DNA of 64,000 bases from Leucoraja erinacea (taxonomy: Eukaryota): NCBI RefSeq assembly GCF_028641065.1, contig NW_026575759.1, forward strand, positions 62,001-126,000, written 5' to 3'. Positions 37,201 through 48,881 of the stretch are shown here, piece after piece. Under the pieces are notes generated by a model that saw nothing but the letters and a program-made list of their open reading frames with translations, ran no database searches and was not told the origin of the DNA. A program made the position numbers and the translations under genes. How positions within the stretch are numbered: the first letter of the stretch is position 1; every line of letters begins with the position of its first letter.

Positions 37201-40200
37201 AACTTACCCATATTTGAATATAGACAATAGATAATAGACAATAGATGCAGGAGTAGGCCATTCGGCCCTTCGTGCCAACACTGCCATTCATAGTGATCAT
37301 GGCTGATCATCCACAATCAGTACCCCGTTCCTGCCTTCTCCCCATATCTTTCTTTATAATACCGTAAGGAAAGATGTTTACCAGAATGCTACCTGGATTA
37401 GAGGCTTTAAACCAGGAGTCGGCAACTTACGGCCCACGGGCCGAATCTGGCCCGTAATCCGAAATCATTCGGCCCGCAGGCGGTTGTTTTTCCCAATTAG
37501 TTTTCGCGACCTGGGCACTACAGCCAGTCTTGGGGCTCGCAGGTGACCTGGGCACTACAGCCAATCCCGGGGCGGGCGAGCTGACCTGGGCACTACAGCC
37601 AATCCCGGGGCAGGGCACTACAGCCAATCCCGGGGCTGACCTGGGCACTACAGCCAATCCCGGGGCAGGCGAGCTGACCTGGGCACTACAGCCAATCCCG
37701 GGGCAGGCGAGCTGACCTGGGCACGAGCCGAGATTAAGCTAAAGAGAGAGTTTGGATAGACTTGGATTGTTTTCTCTGGAACGTCAGAGGTACAGGTGAT
37801 TCATGGGAGAAGTATATAAAATTATGAGAGGCATAGATAGGGTAGACAGTCAGAACTTTTTCCCCAGGTTGAAATTCCAGATTATTCACGACACTGGATG
37901 TTGAAGGAGCAATGAGTTTTGCTCTGTTTTATTAGTTGTTTTAGAAACATAGAAACATAGAAATTAGGTGCAGGAGTAGGCCATTCGGCCCTTCGAGCCT
38001 GCACCGCAATTCAATATGATCATGGCTGATCATCCAACTCAGTATCCCATCCCTGCCTTCTCTCCATACCCCCTGATCCCTTTAGCCACAAGGACCACAT
38101 CTAACTCCCTCTTAAATATAGCCAATGAACTGGCCTCAACTACATTCTGTGGCAGAGAATTCCACAGATTCACCACTCTCTGTGTAAAAAATGTTTTTCT
38201 CATCTCAGTCCTAAAAGACTTCCCCCTTATCCTTAAACTGTGACCCCTTGTTCTGGACTTCCCCAACATCGGGAACAATCTTCCATCAACAATGGAATAC
38301 AACAATTTTGTAAGTTTCTATAAAATCCCCCCTCAATCTTCTAAATTCTAGTGAGTAGTGTCCAAGCCCTTAACAATGTTATATGTTTCAATGAGATATC
38401 CTCTCATCCTTCTAAACTCCAGAGTGTACAAGCCCAGCTGCTCCATTCTCTCAGCATATGACGGTCCCGCCATTCTGGGAATTAACCTTGTAAACCTAAT
38501 ACAGGTGCACAACCTTTTATCCGAAAGCCTTGGGACCAGACACTTTTCGTAATTCAGAATTTGTCGACTTCGGAATGGAAATTTTTTAGCGTAGATTTTA
38601 ATGGCTGGCTCAGTGGTAGAGTGCTCGGCTCATATCCGCAAGGTCGCGAGTTTGCGCCTTGATCCCGGCAGTTACTCGGTCGCGAGTTTGAGTCTTCAAT
38701 GTCGTTTTTTCTTGCAGAGTAAATGTCTGTATGAAATGCAGTGTGTTGAATGAATTCCTGAATTTGTAAATGTGCCCACAGCATTGAATCACCTCCCGCA
38801 CTCATGTCACCCTAGCGGGGCTACATGCCCTTAGGCGGCCTAGCTCGGGGATTCTTGAATCCCCGCAGCTGGGTCGCGAGTTTGCGCCTTGATCCCGGCA
38901 GTTACTCGGTCGCGAGTTTGAGTCTTCAATGTAGTTTTTTCTTGCAGAATAAATGTTTGTATGAAATGCAGTGTAGGAGAGGTGTACTGACTGTGTGGGC
39001 AGAACTTTGGAAGTGATTGCCCACCAGTCTAAAAAGCCGCTGTGTCTCCCTGCCCCTGGGATAGCAGGGGGCGATCAGACAGCACAATACCCCCCTCCCC
39101 CTCCAACTCCAGAGGAATCCGCTCCCCGATGGGCCGCTACGGCGACAAGTGGCAGTTTGCCCACAGCCCGAGCTGCGCCACCCCAAGAACAAGACGTACC
39201 TTGCACACCATCAGCTTCTGCCCCTACGTGTTCCTCTGGAGTTGGAGCGGGGCTGGGCTGGAGTTGCTGCTGGCTGTGGGTCTCTGGGATCTCCGTGCTT
39301 GCAGTGGGCCTGGGGGTCGCTGTCCCGTTGGTCCTGACGTCTCCGGCCACCCCCCTGGACTGGAGCTGAGACTGGGAACTGTACCGCCCTTGCCCCCTCC
39401 CTCTGCAACTGCAAACAACCCCACTCTCCTGCAAGGGCGGTACAGTTCCCGGAGGATGGCAGGTGGCCGGAGACGTCAGGACCAACAGGAACCCGCTCCC
39501 CGATGGGCCCCTACGACGCCCCGAGCTGCGCCCCGTCATCCGCAACCCAGGTTCCTCTGGAGTTGGAACGGGGCTGGGCTGCTGCTGGCTGTGGGTCTCT
39601 GGGATCTCCGTGCTTGCAGTGGGCCTGGTGGTAGACGTCCAATTGGTCCTGACGTCTCCGGTGACTGGCACTGTAAGCTGGCATCGCCGACATGAAGACA
39701 GTGCAAAGCCCCCGCGCCGGTGCAATGGGCGGGGAGCTGGAGAGGGGAGGGAAGGGGTCACACACATGGCCGGGAAGCAGAGGGGTGTAGGTGGGGCGAA
39801 ACTGAAGGGAGCAACAATCTGCTGCTGCCAGCGCGCTGAGTTAAAAAGTTCCCACGCAAGACTCACGATACACTGTGTATCGTGAGTCTACCGTGGGAAC
39901 TTTTTAACTCAGCGGGCAGGCAGCAGCAGATTGTCAATTATTAACCCTCCCGCGCAATATACCCTCACCTTCTCTTTTATGAATGGGGATTTAGTTCCCC
40001 TTTCTTCGAGGACCGACCGGAGGTTCCGCTGTCACCTCTGCGGGCCGCCCTCGGTGAACGTTTTCAAGGACCTTTCTTCAAGGACCGAAAAAATGTCGCT
40101 ATTCGGAGGTTTTCGTTATTTGGATCTTCGGATAAAAGGTTGTGCACCTGTACCTCTTAATATGGCTGCCACCTGAACCTGGTAGCTTTGCAATGTGGAC

Positions 40201-41875
40201 AGTTAAGAATGTATACACTTACCGTATTGTTGGACCGACTTGTCTTTTTCTAGATCTGGAAAAGACAACAATTTAATTTTAATTAGTATCAAAAACAGTA
40301 GCTGATGTAATCAGATATATTTTCACTTTTGTGAATGAGTAGCGGTCCTGACCTCCCATCCACCTCAGTGGAGACCTCTGCACTATCTTTCATCAAACTT
40401 CATCCAACTTCAATATTGTATCTTGCAATGAATGCTTGATTGTATTTTTATACGTAATTTAGTTTGTATGTTAATTATTCACCAGCCTCCACCAGCCTAG
40501 TCAAAGAACGAGAAAAATATACTCAGTGTTGAGCAACCAAGAACCAGAAGTTTGTGCCTTTCTTTAGTACAAAAACCAGCATCTGCAGTTCCTTGTTTCT
40601 AGGATAGACACAAAATGCTGGAGTAACTCAGCGGGACAGGCAGCATCTCTGGAGAGAAGGAATGGGCGACGTTTCGGGTCGAGACCCTTCTTCACACTGG
40701 TTAGGGATCAGGGAAACGAGAGATATAAATGATGATGTGGTGAGATAATGAAAAATGAATGAAAGATATGCAAAACAGTAACAATGATAAAAGATGTAAA
40801 GAAAGAACTGCAGATGCCGGTTAAAATCGAAGGTAGATACAAAAATGCTGGAGTAACTCAGCGGGTGAAGCAACAGCTCTGGAGAGACGGAACGGGTGAC
40901 GTTTTGTGTCGAGACCCTTCTTCAGACTAAATTAAACTCTAAACTTGAATGCTTCAGTCTGAAGAAGGGTCTCGACCCGAAATGTCACTCATTCCTTCTC
41001 TCCAGACATGCTGCCTCACACGCTGAGTTACTCCAGCATTTTGTGCCTACCTACAATGAGAAAGGAAACAGGCCACTGTTAGCTGTTCGTAGGGTGAAAA
41101 CGAGAACTAGCTTTAATGGTTGATCGATAGTTGACGTGGACTTGGTGGTCCGAAGGGATACTTTCTACATTAGGGCCGGGGAACCTTTTCATGTTGGAAC
41201 GCAGCATTAAGTTAGCTGCGATCTAACAAGGCCTCATCCAAGAAACTTCAATTAGATATACTTCAAAATGGACATTATCTTGTTAAAATAGCCCTCATGA
41301 CATCAAGTCAAGTCAAGTTTATTGGTCACGTACACATACGAGATGTGCCGTGAACTGAAAAGTGGCAATGCTCGCGGACTTTATGCAAAAAGACAAACAA
41401 ACAAACCACAAACAGAATCGAACAGAATCACATATTCTTACTAATGTTTTAATTGTGGCAGTCAGTCGGGGAGGATTATTTTGTTGAATCTTCTTTTACT
41501 CTTTGGTATTTTAAATACGTTCATTTTAACATTTAAATTTTTTTTTCTTCTCTCTTTTCTCTCTCCTATTCTTTTTCTTTTTGCTTAGTGCACATCACCT
41601 TCTTCTCTTCTCTTTCAAGCTATATAATATTCTCTCTCTCTCACTGAAGGTAGTTGAGGCCAGTTCATTGGCTATATTTAAGAGGGAGTTAGATGTGGCC
41701 CTTGTGGCTAAAGGGATCAGGGAGTATGGAGAGAAGGCAGGTACAGGATACTGAGTTGGATGATCAGCCATGATCATATTGAATGGCGGTGCAGGCTCGA
41801 AGGGCCGAATGACCTCCTCCGGCACCTATTTTCTATTTTTCTATATTTCTTGCTTTCCTTATCCTTTTTTTTCTA

Positions 41876-41938
<63 letters not shown>

Positions 41939-44900
41939 ATAATATATATAAAACTCAAATCCGTCCGCCTGCAGTACGGATCCCTTCCTGCCTTTTGATT
42001 CGTTGACGGCTGCTCCTTCCTATCAGCTTCCAACACACTTCGAAACAAAGTTGCAAGATAGGAACACTGAACTTTTCACTGCTGCAGCAGGCAGGGGAGG
42101 TGTCAATGGATTTTTTTTTAAAGAGGCAGGGCATTGCTGGAATCTTACTTTTGAGAACGGCTTCAGTTCCATTGGAGGAGACGGGTGCATGGTGGAATAT
42201 TGGGTTGGGGGATCACACCATTGGGGGAGCAGACCCAACGGGTCTGCACTTGGTCTAGTTAATATATAAAACTCAAATCCGTCCGCCGTCCGCCTGCAGT
42301 ACGGATCCCTTCCTGCCTTTTGATTCGTTGGCGGCTGCTCCTTCCTATCGGCTTCCAACAAACTTCAAAACAAAGTTGCAAGACAGGAACACTCTGAACT
42401 TTTCACCTCAATGGGATATCACAGCAAGTGCTTCAACAGGAGGGGGAGGGCCAATTGGTATTGCAATTGGAACTGCTGCAGCAGGCAGGGGAGGTGACAT
42501 TTGAGTTTTTTTTCAATCCACTGCTGAGGGAGGCAGGGGAGTGCTGGAATCTTACATTTGGGAACGGGTTCAGTTCCGTTGGAGGAGACGGGTGCATGGT
42601 GGAATATTGGGTTGGGGGATCACACCATTGGGGGAGCAGACCCAACGGGTCTGCACTTGGTCTAGTTAAATAGAAAAATAAGAAGTTGTACATGAAATGG
42701 AATATGTTATTCATGTAGGATATTAATGGACATCACTTCTAATAAAAATATTAAAAAAAATAAAAATAATAAAAGATGAACAAAAACATATTAATAATAA
42801 TAAAAAGATTTGTTCTACAAAATTTAGATTCATTCAAAAGGCCGCACTTAATGGCTTAGAAGGCCGCAAGTTCCCCACCCCTGTTCTACGCTAGACCTCC
42901 AAACTAAACTCAATACTTGAATGCTATCATTTCCGTTCATTCTTAGCATTGAGAGAATAATATGAGTTTCTTTTCCATTTTATGTTGAAAGCTGATGGAT
43001 AATTGCCCAGTGGCTGTGGTAGACGAGACGGTACCTTTCATGAGATTACGTCTCCTTACAGTCCAATAAATGGCTAAACCAAGCGCGATCAACAGGAGAC
43101 AAAGTGCCACGCATAGGAACACCAGCCATCCTGAAACAACTGGGAAGAAGACATCTGCAATAGAAATGTCAGTGATTAGACAATATTGCGTGGAAAATAT
43201 TCATGTTCAAATGTTCTAGGGGCAGAATTAGGCCATTCAGCCCATCGAGTCTACTCCACCATACAATCATGGCTGATCTATCTTCCCCTCTCAACCCCAT
43301 TCTCCTGCCTTCTCCCCATAACCCTGATCAAGAATCTGTCAATCCCCATCTTAAAAATATCAATGGACTTGGCCTCCACAGCCGTCTGTGGCAATGAATT
43401 CCACAGATTCACCGCCCTCTGACTGAAGAAATTGTTCCACACAAATCACTCCCTTGCACATTCACTGAAAGAAAAACAAGATGAAAATTGATAGGCCCAA
43501 AATGGTGGAGTAACTCAGCGGGTCAGGCAGCATCTCTGGAGAAAAGGAATGGGTGACATTTCGGGTCAAGGCCCTTCTTCTTGGTGCAGCGGTAGAGTTG
43601 CTACCTTACAGCACCAGAGACTTGGGTTCAATCCTGATTACGGGTGCTGTCTGTTTGGGGTTTGCATGTTCTCCCTGTGACCACGTGGGTTTTCTCCGGA
43701 TTCCTCCCACACTCAAAAGACATTCAGGCACGTGGGTTAATTGGCTTATTTTATTATTCCTCCCATCTGACATGTGCTGGAATTTACATCCCAAGTCAAC
43801 CTTTTTTAACCGCAGTTGGCAATATACAAGTAGAGATAAAATGCTGTAGAAACTCAGCGGGTGAGGCAGCATCTATGGAGAAAAGTAGTAGGCGATGATT
43901 AGGGTTGAGACCCTTCTTCAGACATGTGGAGGGGGGGGGCGGGTGGCGAGAAAAAGAAAGGAAGAGGCGGAGACAGTGGGCTGTGGGAGCTGGGAGGGGA
44001 AGGGGAAGGAGGAGAAAGCAGGGACTACCTGAAATTAGAGAAGTCAATGTTCATACCGCTGGGGTTTAAACTACCCAAGCGGAATATGAGGTGCTGCTCC
44101 TCTAATTTGCGCTGGGCCTCACTCTGGCCATGGAGAAGCCCCAGGACAGAAAGGTCGGATTCGTAACGAGAGGGGGAGTTGAAGTGCTGAGCCACCGGGA
44201 GATCAGGTTGGTTTGTACGGACTGAGCGGAGGTGTTGGGCGAAGCGATCTCCAAGCCTGCGCTTGGTCTCACCGATGTAGAGCAGCCGACACCTACGACT
44301 GCGGATGCCGTAGATGAGGTTGGAGGAGGTGCAGGTGAACCTCTGCCTCACCTGGACAGATACAATATTGACAATGTACAAACCTGCGATCTCAATAATG
44401 GCCTCCTGGTCTTTTTTCAATACTCGGTTCCATAAAATACATCTGAACTTGTTTGTCGAACCTTGCGATACAGTTACTTTGCTCTGGGCGTTTAGAAGTT
44501 GTTTAGAATCCTGCTGGAAATTTATCTCAGATTTGAAAGTTAAATTCTCTTTCTCGCCAGCAAACCATTGTATCGATGGTGCAGGATACCAGCCAGTAGA
44601 CTCACAGACAAGTTGAATTCCACTTTTCTCATATCCTCTGATGTAGATCCAGTGGTCATGACCCAAACCTACAAAGATTAACACAGATCAAGTATACTTA
44701 GAATGTAGCAACAAGTTCATAACTTCATAATTCATAGGTGCAGGAGTAGGCCATTCAGCCCTTCGAGCCAGCACCACCATTCAACGTGATCATGGCTGAT
44801 CATCCCCAATCACTACCCAATCACACCTGCCTTCTCCCCATATCCCTTGACCGTGCATTATTTAAGAAATAACTACAGATGCTGGAAAATCGAAGGTAGA

Positions 44901-47900
44901 CAAAAATGCAGGGGGAACTCAGCAGGTGAGGCAGCATCTATGGAGCGAAGGAAATAGGTAACGTTTCGGACCGAGAGTCTAAAGAAGGGCCTCGATCAGA
45001 AACGTCATCTATTTCTTCGCTCCATAGATGCTGCCGCACCCGCTGAGTTTCTCCAGAATTTTTGTCTACCTTCCCTTGACTATGCTATCTTTAAGAGCTT
45101 TATCTAACTCTCTCGTGAAAGCATCCAGAGAATTGGCCTCCACTGCCTTCTGAGGGAGAAAGTTCCACAGATTCACAACTCTGGGTGAAAAGGTTTTTCT
45201 TTCCCCATCTCAGTCCTAAATGGCCTACCCCTTATTTTTAAAACTATGACCGCTGGTTCTGGACTCGCCCATCATCGGGAACAATTTTTTTCCATCTAGC
45301 CTGTCTAATCCTTTAAGAAATTTATTTGTTTCTATAAGATGCCCTCTCATCCTTCTAAATTCCAGTGAATACAAGCCCAGTCGACCCATTCTTCCATCAA
45401 ATGTCAGTCCCGCCATCCCGGGGATTAGCCTGGTGAACCTACGCTGCACTCCCTCAATAGCAAGAATGTCCTTCCTCACATTAGGAGACCTAATTTGCAC
45501 ACAATACTCCAGGTGTGGTCTCACTAGGGCCCTGTACAACTGCAGAAGGACCCCTTTGCTCCTATACTCAACTCCTCTTGTTATGAAGGTCAACATGCCA
45601 TTCGCTTTCTTCACTGCCTGCTGTACCTGCATGTCCAATCCTTTAAGAATTTTATATGTTTCTATATATTGATTAGAGCTACTGCTCGTGGGAAAAAAAG
45701 CTGTTTTTATGTCTGTCTGTGGCAGCTTTGACAGTCCGGAGTCGCCTTCCAGGGGGAAGTGATTCAAAGAGTTTGTGGCCAAGGTGAGAGGGGTCAGAGA
45801 TGATCTTGCCCGCTCGCTTCCTGGCCCTTGTAGTGTACAGTTCATCAATGGAGGGAAGGTTGCAGCCAATAACCTTCTCTGCTGATCGGACGATTCGCTG
45901 CAGCCTCCGGGTGTCGTGCTTGGTGGCTGAGACAAAACCAGACCATGATGGAGAAGGTGAGGACAGACTCTGCGATGGCCGTGTAGAATTGGACCATCAT
46001 TGCCTGTGGCAGATTGTGCTTCCTCAGCTGCCGTATGAAGTACATCCTCTGTTGTGTCTTTTTCACTGTGGAGTCGATGGTGACACCCCCCCACCATTTA
46101 AGATCCTTGGAGATGATGGTTCCAAGGAATTTAAAAGACTCCACAGACGTGACTGTGATGTTGTTCATGTTTAAGAAGGAACTGCAGATGCTGGAAAATC
46201 GAAGGTAGAAAAAAAATGCTGGAGAAACTCAGCGGGTGAGGCAGCATCTATGGAGCGTAGGAATAGGTGACGTTTCAGGCTGAGACGTCTGGAGAAGGGT
46301 CTCCACCCGAAACGTCACCTATTCCTTCGCTCCGTAGATGCTGCCTCACCCGTGGAGTTTCTCCAGTATTTTTGTCCACCACAGATATGAATGTGGTGTT
46401 GTTGATGGTGAATGGGGTGAGGGAAGAGGGTGCAGTCCTAAAGTCCACTATCAATTCGTCAGACAATGACCAATGACTAATATGCTTATTGATTAATAAT
46501 GTGTTCACTAACCTCCAACTTTCAAGTTAATTGGAGTTTCTTCAAAGACAACCCCATTGTCAACGGAGCAAATGTAGTTCCCCTCATCGGTAACTCTGAT
46601 GTCCTTTATTCTGAGCGATGCGTTTCCTTCCACCATTTGGTCCTTGAACAGCTCGGTCCGACCTCTGTAGTCATCGTCTTGAGTGTTGGTCTCGTCCTTG
46701 CCGTTCCTGAACATGTGAACCGCAAAGTCGAGGTCCGACTTTAGCCACCGGACGGTCATCTTGTCGATCGGTTCCTTGGGCTCAAGGTGACATTCCAGTG
46801 TCACTGTCCCGCCCACGACTCCGACAACCGGCCGGTCTGGACCAACGATTGAGAACTTGACCGCTGCGCGCGGTGAAAAACAAGAGAGAAATGTCAGGAA
46901 ATGTTCACGTCACAGGAGCAGAATTAGGCCATTCGGCCCATCAAGTCTACCCTGCCGTACATCATAGACAATAGATAATAGGTACAGAATTAGGCCATTC
47001 GGCACATCAAGTCTACCCCGCCATACATAATAGACAATAGATAATAGGTACAGAATTAGGCCATTCGGCCCATCTAGTTCATCCCACCATACATCATAGA
47101 CAATAGATAATAGGTACAGAATTAGGCCATTCGTACCCACCGAGTCCACCCCGCCATACATAATAGACAATAGATAATAGGTACAGAATTAGGCCATTCA
47201 GCCCATCTAGTCTACCCCACCATACATAGACAATAGGTGCAGGAGGAGGCCATTCGGCCCTTCGAGCTAGCACCGCCATTCAATGTGATCATGGCTGATC
47301 ATCCACAATCAGTACCCCGTTCCTGCCTTCTCCCCATATCCCCTGACTCCGCTATCTTTAAGAGCCCCATCTAGCTCTCTCTTGAAAGCATCCAGAGAAC
47401 CGGCCTCCACCGCCCTCTGAGACAGAGAATTCCACAGACTCACAACACTCTGTGAGAAAAAGTGTTTCCTCGTCTCCGTTCTAAATGGCTCACCCCTTAT
47501 TCATAAACTGCGACCCGCGGTTAAGGTTCTGGACACGCTAGAGTTAGGATACATATTCCCAATGATGGGGGAGTCCAGAACCAGGGGCCATAGTTTAAGG
47601 CTCGAAGGGCCGAATGGCCTACTCCTGCACCTATTGTCTACTGACAACAAACAGCGACAGCAGCAGAAGCAGAAGCCCGAATGCAACCTCCGTCGCTACA
47701 GCTTGGTGCCGACCCGGAGCATGCGCCCTACTTAGGTCGGGCTCCTAAGGATCTCCCTGTACATCACCCTGAAGCAGCAGAATGAAGAAGACCTCAACAC
47801 TTCTGCTGCCTCAAATGCAAGAAGAAGAACAGTTTCACCACCCTCTGACTAAAAAAATTCCCCTTCATCTCCTTTCTAAGTTTATGTTAGTTTTTAGTTG

Positions 47901-48489
47901 AGATATTCTGCATGGAACCACAATGAATAATTAAATAATCTTCATTCATTAGTTTACTTTAGTTTAGACACACAACATGGAAACAGGCCCTTTTCCGCAG
48001 TGAGTCCACTCTGCCCAGCAAACACTCCGTACACTAGTTCTATCCTACACGAGGGGGGGGGGGGGGGGGGGGGGGACAATTTACAGAAACCACTTAACCA
48101 ACAAACCCGCACATCGCACGACTTTGGAAACGGGGAGGAAACCATCGCACCCGGATGAAGACCCACGCAATTGCAGGGAGAACGTGCAAACTCCACACAG
48201 ACAGCAGCCATGTTGTTAAAGTTGCTGGACTATTCAAATATTCCTTCAACACAACATCAGATTTCAGATTCTGAATCTTTGCTGAACCCGAAAAACTTGT
48301 TCAGGATGTTGTTTTTCCCCGTGCCAATGCTACCTTACATTCTAAACGGCCTTCCAATGATAGCTCGCTGCTCAAGTATGTTTACATTGTTTACATATTA
48401 ATTAAAAAAATTAAATGCCAGTGTTGCTTACCATTTGCAGGAAAAAGAATTGCAGGAAGTAAAAGCAGAGGGAGATAATGTTCTTTCAT
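30740..48489 (-). CDS. Butyrophilin-like protein (SP-IgV-IgC-TM-micro-exons-B30.2), complement(join(30740..31278,35339..35365,37117..37143,40223..40255,43035..43154,44384..44668,46513..46863,48432..48489)), 479 aa
   Basis: Eight exons, all GT-AG and all phase 1, total 1440 nt with no internal stop; the domain order is that of BTN/BTNL genes. Confidence 0.88.
33598..34069. mobile_element. hAT-superfamily MITE inserted in a Rex1-like LINE
   Basis: TIRs CAGGGCCGGATTTA / TAAATCCCGCCCTG; perfect 8-bp TSD GTCCTGGA (33590-33597 / 34070-34077). Confidence 0.88.
34705..35310 (+). mobile_element. LINE 3' fragment (L2/CR1 group)
   Basis: ORF 34784..35143 HHCSLY...PKVRTELGKRAFSYAAPSAWNQLQ. Confidence 0.8.
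35339..35365 (-). CDS. Butyrophilin-like gene 1, micro-exon 3 (27 nt)
   Basis: gtttccag|ATTGGGAG...AATAAAG|gtaaga; (D)WETMCENK, a Trp-containing exon just before B30.2 as in BTNs. Confidence 0.75.
35775..36740 (-). mobile_element. L2 LINE fragment with (TTA)n tail
   Basis: Frameshifted IFDSTLSLEPHI...RLDYCN...HITPVL motifs on the - strand. Confidence 0.8.
37117..37143 (-). CDS. Butyrophilin-like gene 1, micro-exon 2 (27 nt)
   Basis: Long pyrimidine tract, cttttag|ACAAGTGG...AAATCCG|gtaaga; (D)KWEPLVKS. Confidence 0.72.
37413..37725 (+). mobile_element. hAT-Charlie-like end followed by a ~30-38-bp minisatellite
   Basis: CAGGAGTCGGCAACTTACGGCCCACGGGCCGAATCTGGCCCG; tandem GACCTGGGCACTACAGCCAATCCCGGGGC at 37508-37725. 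Confidence 0.65.
38502..40150. mobile_element. Non-autonomous Tc1/mariner-superfamily DNA transposon (1649 bp)
   Basis: Perfect 24-bp TIR CAGGTGCACAACCTTTTATCCGAA, TA on both sides; no recognisable transposase. Confidence 0.88.
40223..40255 (-). CDS. Butyrophilin-like gene 1, juxtamembrane micro-exon 1 (33 nt)
   Basis: ttttccag|ATCTAGAA...CAATACG|gtaagt; (D)LEKDKSVQQY; frame-preserving. Confidence 0.72.
41171..42883. mobile_element. hAT-Charlie-like element with nested CR1 and Helitron insertions
   Basis: Ends TAGGGCCGGGGAACC / GTTCCCCACCCCTG; near-TSD TTCTACAT / TTCTACGC. Confidence 0.6.
41872..42665 (+). mobile_element. Non-autonomous Helitron, two head-to-tail units
   Basis: TC/(TATC)n/TATATAAAA start; each unit ends with hairpin GCAGACCC-AAC-GGGTCTGC and CTAG|T (42255-42258, 42662-42665); related 3' end at 17950-17979. 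Confidence 0.75.
43035..43154 (-). CDS. Butyrophilin-like gene 1, transmembrane exon
   Basis: (D)VFFPVVSGWLVFLCVALCLLLIALGLAIYWTVRRRNLMK; ttgcag acceptor and gtacc donor; 120 nt. Confidence 0.87.
43835..44355 (-). mobile_element. Penelope-like element 3' fragment with an open GIY-YIG endonuclease frame and pLTR
   Basis: FTCTSSNLIYGIRSRRCRLLYIGETKRRLGDRFAQH...VAQHFN...KLEEQHLIFRLGSLNPSGMN. Confidence 0.88.
44384..44668 (-). CDS. Butyrophilin-like gene 1, IgC exon
   Basis: GLGHDHWIYI...IQLVCESTGWYPAPSIQW...FRCILWN: BTN-type C domain; 285 nt. Confidence 0.92.
46513..46863 (-). CDS. Butyrophilin-like gene 1, IgV exon
   Basis: VKFSIVGPDRPVVGVVGGTVTLEC...VRW...YRGRTELFKD...GNASLRI...DEGNYIC: B7/BTN-type V domain; 351 nt, phase 1/1. 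Confidence 0.93.
46910..47230. repeat. ~59-bp tandem repeat derived from the CR1 3' end
   Basis: About five copies of TAGACAATAGATAATAGGTACAGAATTAGGCCATTCGGC...CATACA. Confidence 0.85.
48432..48489 (-). CDS. Butyrophilin-like gene 1, signal peptide exon
   Basis: MKEHYLPLLLLPAILFPAN; donor G|gtaagc; acceptor at 48501-48502 implies an upstream non-coding exon. Confidence 0.8.
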
Positions 48490-48881
48490 GTCTGTCAGAC
48501 CTGTGCAGAATAACCACGCACGAAACAAGGAAACAAAACATGGTTCTGAATATATATCCTACTTCACAGCCCAGACCATCACGCAAACCAACCTCCCTTC
48601 CATCGACTCCATCTAAACCTCACGCTGTCTCGGCGAGGCCAGCAGCATAATCAAGGCCCAGTCTCACCCCCGGTCACTCCCTCTTCTCCCCTCTCTCATT
48701 AGGCAAGAGGTACAGAAGTGTGAAGACACACACACCCCCAGATTCAGGGACAGTTTCTTCCCAGCTGTTACCAGGCAACTGAACCATCCTCTCACCAACT
48801 AGAGAGCGGTCCTGACCTCCCATCCATATACCTGGAGAAACTCAGCTGGTGAGGCAGCATCAATGGAGCGAAGGAATAGGT

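Noticed and set aside
37508-37725. CRISPR-like repeat array (also 46910-47230)
   Set aside because: Eukaryotic context, no unique spacers and no cas genes; these are plain minisatellites.
38600-38697. Functional tRNA-Met gene
   Set aside because: No acceptor stem, an interrupted and duplicated T-arm, and GTTTG instead of GTTCG; kept only as a tRNA-derived relic.
38995-39885. 217-aa and 263-aa ORFs inside the TIR element as a transposase
   Set aside because: No DDE/D or HTH motif; GC-rich internal repeats explain the open frames.
45225-46097. 290-aa ORF as a host gene
   Set aside because: Chance fusion of an off-frame Rex1 fragment and a CR1 ORF2 fragment within a BTN intron.
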